A stretch of DNA of 63,708 nt, the filler included. It is 4 parts of 4 records of this genome, joined end to end, with 100 filler letters (N's around TTAATTAATTAA, not from the genome) between each part and the next. Parts side by side here need not be neighbours in the genome. Positions count along the whole stretch, not along the records: positions 55,870 to 63,708 come from SRR22947727_70; 3 more parts are not named here. The stretch is one strand, 5' to 3'. Shown here piece by piece: positions 58,862-63,708 of this stretch. A model generated the notes under the pieces. It had not been told where the DNA came from and did not search any database. It saw nothing but the letters and a program-made list of their open reading frames with translations. A program made the translations under genes and the position numbers. Numbering within the stretch: position 1 is the stretch's first letter; every line of letters begins with the position of its first letter.

Positions 58862-61161
58862 TAAGGTTTAAGATTAGGACTTGATGTTTGACCAAATGGC
58901 ATAATTGTTAGTTTAAAAAAAATATTTTCCTCAGGTTTTAATGCGCCATCTGAATAGTAATCTTTGTTGTATTCTAAAGCAGCTACAAGACAATCGTTTC
59001 TATACTCATATATTAAATTGTAAAATTCAGCTACGTCTGTTTCTATATTTTTTCTTGTACTAAAACTTAAGCTTTTTGAATTGTCATTATTGCTAATTTT
59101 ACTAATATTAGAAAGATAACTTGTATCTGTGTCAGAATTATTTTCGTTTAAATATTCAAATGTGCTTACAAAATTATTAATTTTTAGTTCTGTACCTAGT
59201 AACTCGTAGCTCGTATCGTTAAGGTTTTCTTTAAGTGCAAAATCATAATTTATCTTAAAATTTTGGCTTGGATTAATGTTTATTTGTCCAACTATATCTG
59301 ATGATTTACTATTTAAACCACTTTTTTTGGGAAGTTTTTTATCTTCTTCTGGCCTAAAAATACTTGCTATTTTTAAACCAATTATCTCGTTGTCTGATTT
59401 GTCTGATTTAGAATAATCTATACCGTAGGTTAAAGACGCACCGCCTTCAACGGAAGTAGATGTTCCAAGTCTATTAAAGGCAAAAATATTATTTATATCT
59501 AATCTTGTATCATCATCAGCCATATTCTTTGAATTGTTAGGGCTATATTTAAAAGTCATTAATGGACCTAAAGTAGTATTGAATCTTTCTGATTTCTTTA
59601 TTAAAGGATATGAAGTGTTGTATTCAAAAAGTAAGTCTATTTTATTATCCATCCCCCCTTTATAATTTGAAGAATTTGAAGAGTCTGTGTTACTGTTTTT
59701 GAATAAATAAGTATAAGTATTTCTAAAACCTTTTTTTGATATTATTGGATCAGAATTAAAAATAAGGTCATTAACAATTATTTTTTCATTTACATTGGTA
59801 TTATGTGTTTTTGCATAACCGAATGTATTTAATGAAAAATTTCCATTAATATTAGTGTTATTTTTAAATTCTTTTAAAAGATTAAAATTTGGATAAATAA
59901 ATTCATATCTATCTCGATCTGGTTTATTTAAATCTTCATAAATTTCAACACTAGAGGTTAAAGATAGATCATCGTTATTAGCATTTATTTCCAAATAAGA
60001 GTGCATTACAGAGTCACTTTCAATTATGGGTGATTTTAATTTATATGATTTTAAATAGTCATCACTAGAAGTTTGTTGAAGTTTGAGTGATAAGATACTT
60101 TCATCAAAATTAAAAAAACTAATTTTTTTATTTATTAATGAAAAAAAATGACTTTTGAATGGTTTATCTTTTTCATTTAAAAAGCTAAAATCAAATAACT
60201 TCTTACTATTTTTTCCAACTTCTCTAAATTCAGTTTGCAATAAAAGTTTATTTTTGGAATAAAATCTTGGATTTAGGGTAAAATCTTTATTATTGGCAAG
60301 TACATGATAATAAGGGGTATTTAATGAAGTTCCCAACCCAGAAGAACTCATAATAGTTGGCATTAAAAAACCAGATTGTCTTTTTACAGTAGGATCAGGA
60401 TGAAAAAATTTTGGAAAATAAAAAACAGGAGTATCATAAACTTTTAACCAAGCATTTTTATAAAAAATCATTTTTTTTTGTTTAGAATGTGTTATTTTTT
60501 CAGCAGACATTTGCCAAGGTGGACATGTGTCATTTTTTTTACATGTAGTAAAAACACCTTTAGATATAATTGTGTCAGTCCCGTTAGATACAATTGTAGC
60601 CCCTTTAAGTCTTGGCTCATTATCTTTTTTAAAAGAATTATTGGTAAAGTCGATTGAAATATCTTTCCCTAACAATTTTTTTGACTTTAAATTTAAAAAT
60701 GATTTTTCAAGTTTGTAATGATTTTTTTCAATATCAATTATTTTGGTATTTCCTAATTTTATCAATTTATCATCTAGGGTATATAAAAAGTTTTCAATAA
60801 AAAAAATATTTCCAAAACTATCTTCAATTGTAGATTTTTTATTTGATGAAATTGATCTTTTTTTATTGTTATATGCAATAAAGTTAGATTTAATTAAAAT
60901 ATTATTTTTTGAGTCATTTACCTCTACTTTATCTGAAGCTTCAAGAACTAATTTTTCTTTATCATAATAAAATTTTTTAGCTTTTATTATAAAATTACCT
61001 TCAGCTGTTGTTACAGTTCCATCTGTTGCTTCTATTATATTTCCTTCTTTAGATATGTTGATTTCAGAAGTATCAAAAATAAATTCATCACTTGTAGAAT
61101 TAGCTAAAAAAATAAGATAGAAAAAAATTATCAGTATATTTAACTTAAATTTATTTTTCAT
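58861..61161 (-). CDS. lptD: LPS assembly protein LptD
   Basis: FTTC, PPW, HPDPTVKRQSGFL.P, YRNDC; operon position. Confidence 0.9.
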   Translation of the reverse strand: MKNKFKLNILIIFFYLIFLANSTSDEFIFDTSEINISKEGNIIEATDGTVTTAEGNFIIKAKKFYYDKEKLVLEASDKVEVNDSKNNILIKSNFIAYNNKKRSISSNKKSTIEDSFGNIFFIENFLYTLDDKLIKLGNTKIIDIEKNHYKLEKSFLNLKSKKLLGKDISIDFTNNSFKKDNEPRLKGATIVSNGTDTIISKGVFTTCKKNDTCPPWQMSAEKITHSKQKKMIFYKNAWLKVYDTPVFYFPKFFHPDPTVKRQSGFLMPTIMSSSGLGTSLNTPYYHVLANNKDFTLNPRFYSKNKLLLQTEFREVGKNSKKLFDFSFLNEKDKPFKSHFFSLINKKISFFNFDESILSLKLQQTSSDDYLKSYKLKSPIIESDSVMHSYLEINANNDDLSLTSSVEIYEDLNKPDRDRYEFIYPNFNLLKEFKNNTNINGNFSLNTFGYAKTHNTNVNEKIIVNDLIFNSDPIISKKGFRNTYTYLFKNSNTDSSNSSNYKGGMDNKIDLLFEYNTSYPLIKKSERFNTTLGPLMTFKYSPNNSKNMADDDTRLDINNIFAFNRLGTSTSVEGGASLTYGIDYSKSDKSDNEIIGLKIASIFRPEEDKKLPKKSGLNSKSSDIVGQININPSQNFKINYDFALKENLNDTSYELLGTELKINNFVSTFEYLNENNSDTDTSYLSNISKISNNDNSKSLSFSTRKNIETDVAEFYNLIYEYRNDCLVAALEYNKDYYSDGALKPEENIFFKLTIMPFGQTSSPNLKP

Positions 61162-62230
61162 TAATCCTCACTAAACCAATTAAAATAAAAATCATAAGTA
61201 ATAATAATGGCAACCATGTGGACGCTATAAGTGGTATTTTTCCATTCTCACCCAACAAATTGAATAAATAGTAAAAATAATAAATTATAACTGAGAATAG
61301 AACTCCAGAAATAATGTGATAAATCATTGGTTTATTTCTTTTTATATTAAGCATTATAATTGCTGAAAATACTGACATTATTGATAAATAAATAGGAAAA
61401 GAATAAAGTTGATTTAAATGTGAGGTAATTTCAGTTGTTGAGTAACCCAAATCTTTATAATCCCGCTTTAGTTTTTTAAGCTCCAATATGTTGAGAGACG
61501 TCAAATTTCTAAACATGCTGTTAATTTTTTTAAGATCAAAATGAGTAAAAATAAAAATATTATTTTGTAATATTTTTGTAGAATTATTCAGAGAAATAGT
61601 TGGTTTAAAAATATTCCATTTTTCATTTGATACATCAACTTTTTCTGACTCAATAATTTGAATTAAATTATAACCTAAATCAAATTCAGCTATAGATACA
61701 TTTTCAAGATATTTTCCATTTATTTTTGAAGCATTAATCACATATTTTTTTTCATCAAGTTCATCTTTTATCCACAAACCGTTTTCTGTTATTACAGCTA
61801 AATATTTATCATCTTTAGAATAATCATTTTTTAAATCAAAATACAAAAATTTAAGTTGTGATGAAATTTGATAAAATATAAGTATCAAAAAAATTCCTAA
61901 AACTATCGATGTAAATGACAATATCTTTATTATTTTAATATTATTTAAACCATGAACTTTTAAAAATTCTAATTCATTTCTCTCAATTAATTCTAAAAAG
62001 AAAAACTGAGAGGATATTAGAAAAATAAATGGAAAAATTTCAAACAAAGTTGAAGGAGCATTCAGTATAGTTAATAAAAAAGGAAAATAAATACTGACAT
62101 CTATATCTTTAAAATATGAAATTTCCTCAAAAATACTTAAAATAAATATTAAAGATAAAAAAATTCCAGAAAGAAGAATAATCTTTCTTAAAAAAAGTTT
62201 TATAAGGTAATTTTGATATATTTTTATCAT
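61151..62230 (-). CDS. lptG: LPS export permease LptG
   Basis: YjgP/Q architecture, NE motif, GLWIKD. Confidence 0.8.
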   Translation of the reverse strand: MIKIYQNYLIKLFLRKIILLSGIFLSLIFILSIFEEISYFKDIDVSIYFPFLLTILNAPSTLFEIFPFIFLISSQFFFLELIERNELEFLKVHGLNNIKIIKILSFTSIVLGIFLILIFYQISSQLKFLYFDLKNDYSKDDKYLAVITENGLWIKDELDEKKYVINASKINGKYLENVSIAEFDLGYNLIQIIESEKVDVSNEKWNIFKPTISLNNSTKILQNNIFIFTHFDLKKINSMFRNLTSLNILELKKLKRDYKDLGYSTTEITSHLNQLYSFPIYLSIMSVFSAIIMLNIKRNKPMIYHIISGVLFSVIIYYFYYLFNLLGENGKIPLIASTWLPLLLLMIFILIGLVRINEK

Positions 62231-63369
62231 AATTTTACTTTAGCCTTTAAAGATAAATAAATAGTTATAAATGTTAGCAAAGGTAAAATAAGAAAGAAGT
62301 ACAAACCTATTTGCCCGCTAGATGAAAACCTTAAAGATAATTCTGATATTACTATTACAAAAAAAATAATCAAAAATAAAAAAATTTTAAATTTATCAAA
62401 ATCATCATTTTCTTTTGATTTAAGTATAAGTAGACAGCTAATTAAAGAAAGTAGTGGAAGATAAAAAGGTTTATAAAATCTTTTTAAAAATTCTTGTTTA
62501 ATTGCATTCATTGATTCTATTTTACATTGAAGAAATTTTGTATTATCAAAATCACTAATCTTATTTCTATAATTTAAATATAAACACTCAATTATATCGC
62601 TACTTGGAACCTCTTGAATTTTTGGATAAGTTGTACTCTTTGATGTATACTTTGATAAGTTAAAATTTATTTTTTCAAATGTAAAATTAGTAATTTTTTT
62701 ATTTTCTTTATTTATCATTTCACCTTCATATAATTCAAAGAGTCGATTATTATTAGAGTTAATCAAACGTCCTTTTTTTGCATAAATTATTTGAAAACTT
62801 TCTTCTGTTTGTTCATCACTTTTTTTTGTAAATAAATCCTTAAGAAATATATTATTATAATCTCCTGATTCATCCTTTGACTCAATGAAGATTGTAAGAC
62901 CCGATACAGTATCAATAAATTTACCTTCTTTTATTAATGCTGGAAAAAAATCTACATTTGATGTCCTGATAAAAGTTCTAGCTTCATTTTGAGAGTATGG
63001 AGAAATAAAACTACCAAGAAAAATTTGAAAAATTGTTACCAAAAGAGAATAAAAGATAACAACATTAATAAACTGGATTTTTTTAACACCATTAGTCCAA
63101 AATATCAGTAGCTCATTTTTACTTTCATATTTTAATATTTGATAGAAAAGAGAGATAAAAAAAACAAAGGGAAGTATTCTATGAATTATTTTTGGAAAAT
63201 TGAGAGCACTATAAGAAAAGTAAACATAAAGGCTATGACCATCCTCAGTAACAAAATCTAAAAAATTTACTGCCTGAATTACCCATACAATTAAACCCAA
63301 TACAAAGGCTATGGTGATAAAAAGTTTTAAAGTATCTTTTATAAACTTTTGAAATAGTATTTTTTTCAT
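62227..63369 (-). CDS. lptF: LPS export permease LptF
   Basis: VWVIQ, NEL....G, EGKF; first gene of the pair, divergent from pepA. Confidence 0.82.
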   Translation of the reverse strand: MKKILFQKFIKDTLKLFITIAFVLGLIVWVIQAVNFLDFVTEDGHSLYVYFSYSALNFPKIIHRILPFVFFISLFYQILKYESKNELLIFWTNGVKKIQFINVVIFYSLLVTIFQIFLGSFISPYSQNEARTFIRTSNVDFFPALIKEGKFIDTVSGLTIFIESKDESGDYNNIFLKDLFTKKSDEQTEESFQIIYAKKGRLINSNNNRLFELYEGEMINKENKKITNFTFEKINFNLSKYTSKSTTYPKIQEVPSSDIIECLYLNYRNKISDFDNTKFLQCKIESMNAIKQEFLKRFYKPFYLPLLSLISCLLILKSKENDDFDKFKIFLFLIIFFVIVISELSLRFSSSGQIGLYFFLILPLLTFITIYLSLKAKVKL

Positions 63370-63430
63370 TGAAATTTTTTAATATTAAACATATATAGCA
63401 GAAACACGTACAGAGTGTATTTAAAAATTT

Positions 63431-63708
63431 ATGTCTATTCAAATTAACTTTAAAAATTATGCGTCAAACAAGAGTCCAGCAAACCTAGTCTTATTTGTTG
63501 ATGAAAAATTCAATATAAGTAATTTAAAAAAATATCTTTCAAATTCTGAATTTTCTTACATATCTGACTTACTAAAAAATAGTGATTTAAAAAAAGACAT
63601 ACTATTTTTTGATGTAAATTCAAAAAAAACAATATTTTTAGTATCTATGAAGAAGGATATAAAAATATCAAATATAGAAAATTTAGGAGCTAAATTTCAT
63701 GGTTATAT
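63431..63708 (+). CDS. pepA: Leucyl aminopeptidase, N-terminal part (runs off the window; not in ORF track)
   Basis: Open frame MSIQINFKNYASNKSPANLVLFVDEKF...IENLGAKFHGY; divergent from lptF, the usual pepA position. Catalytic domain is outside the window. Confidence 0.7.
   Translation, partial: MSIQINFKNYASNKSPANLVLFVDEKFNISNLKKYLSNSEFSYISDLLKNSDLKKDILFFDVNSKKTIFLVSMKKDIKISNIENLGAKFHGY

Noticed and set aside
912-63442. Numerous 60-100 aa ORFs antisense or out-of-frame to recognised genes (e.g. 912-1184, 1801-2046, 14542-14808, 25338-25580, 39980-40288, 56304-56534, 63245-63442)
   Set aside because: Shadow ORFs overlapping well-conserved genes, with no motifs or initiation signals.
1-63708. 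CRISPR arrays, rRNA genes, integrases/transposases, prophage or defence genes
   Set aside because: No regularly spaced repeats, rRNA-like sequence or recognisable motifs were seen in any of the four contigs.

Overview
This window is not one genome locus. It is four unrelated AT-rich contigs joined by identical 100-bp artificial linkers (N44-TTAATTAATTAA-N44) at 28235-28334, 41096-41195 and 55770-55869. Taxonomic labels are inferred from gene content and synteny. Contig 1 (1-28234) looks like a streamlined marine gammaproteobacterium (SAR86-like): 3' end of tRNA-His, tig-clpP-clpX-lon-hupB-ppiD, oppABC without an ATPase, mltD, gloB, rnhA, dnaQ, gltX, an accessory LysR / TonB-dependent receptor / DASS (SLC13) transporter / GGT-family cassette, fabI and a second TonB-dependent receptor. 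Contig 2 (28335-41095) is Bacteroidetes/Flavobacteria-like: TPR-LuxR regulator, sulfatase, hydrolases, several small membrane ORFs absent from the ORF track, a methionine gamma-lyase-like PLP enzyme and a SerK-like ParB-fold protein. Contig 3 (41196-55769) is a very AT-rich surface-glycan cluster, probably of SAR11 hypervariable-region type. It encodes CDP-sugar, C-methyl-, amino-, formyl- and carbamoyl-transferase functions. Contig 4 (55870-63708) is Pelagibacter-like core genome: gmk, rsmA, pdxA, surA, lptD, lptG, lptF, pepA. The best candidate for an undescribed system is the contig-1 cassette. Its GGT-family enzyme keeps the catalytic and carboxylate-binding residues but has lost the alpha-amino-binding residues, including the equivalent of the E. 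coli D433N change that turns GGT into a glutaryl acylase. It is translationally coupled to a dicarboxylate-type transporter and sits behind a TonB receptor and a LysR operator. No rRNA, CRISPR array or mobile element was seen.
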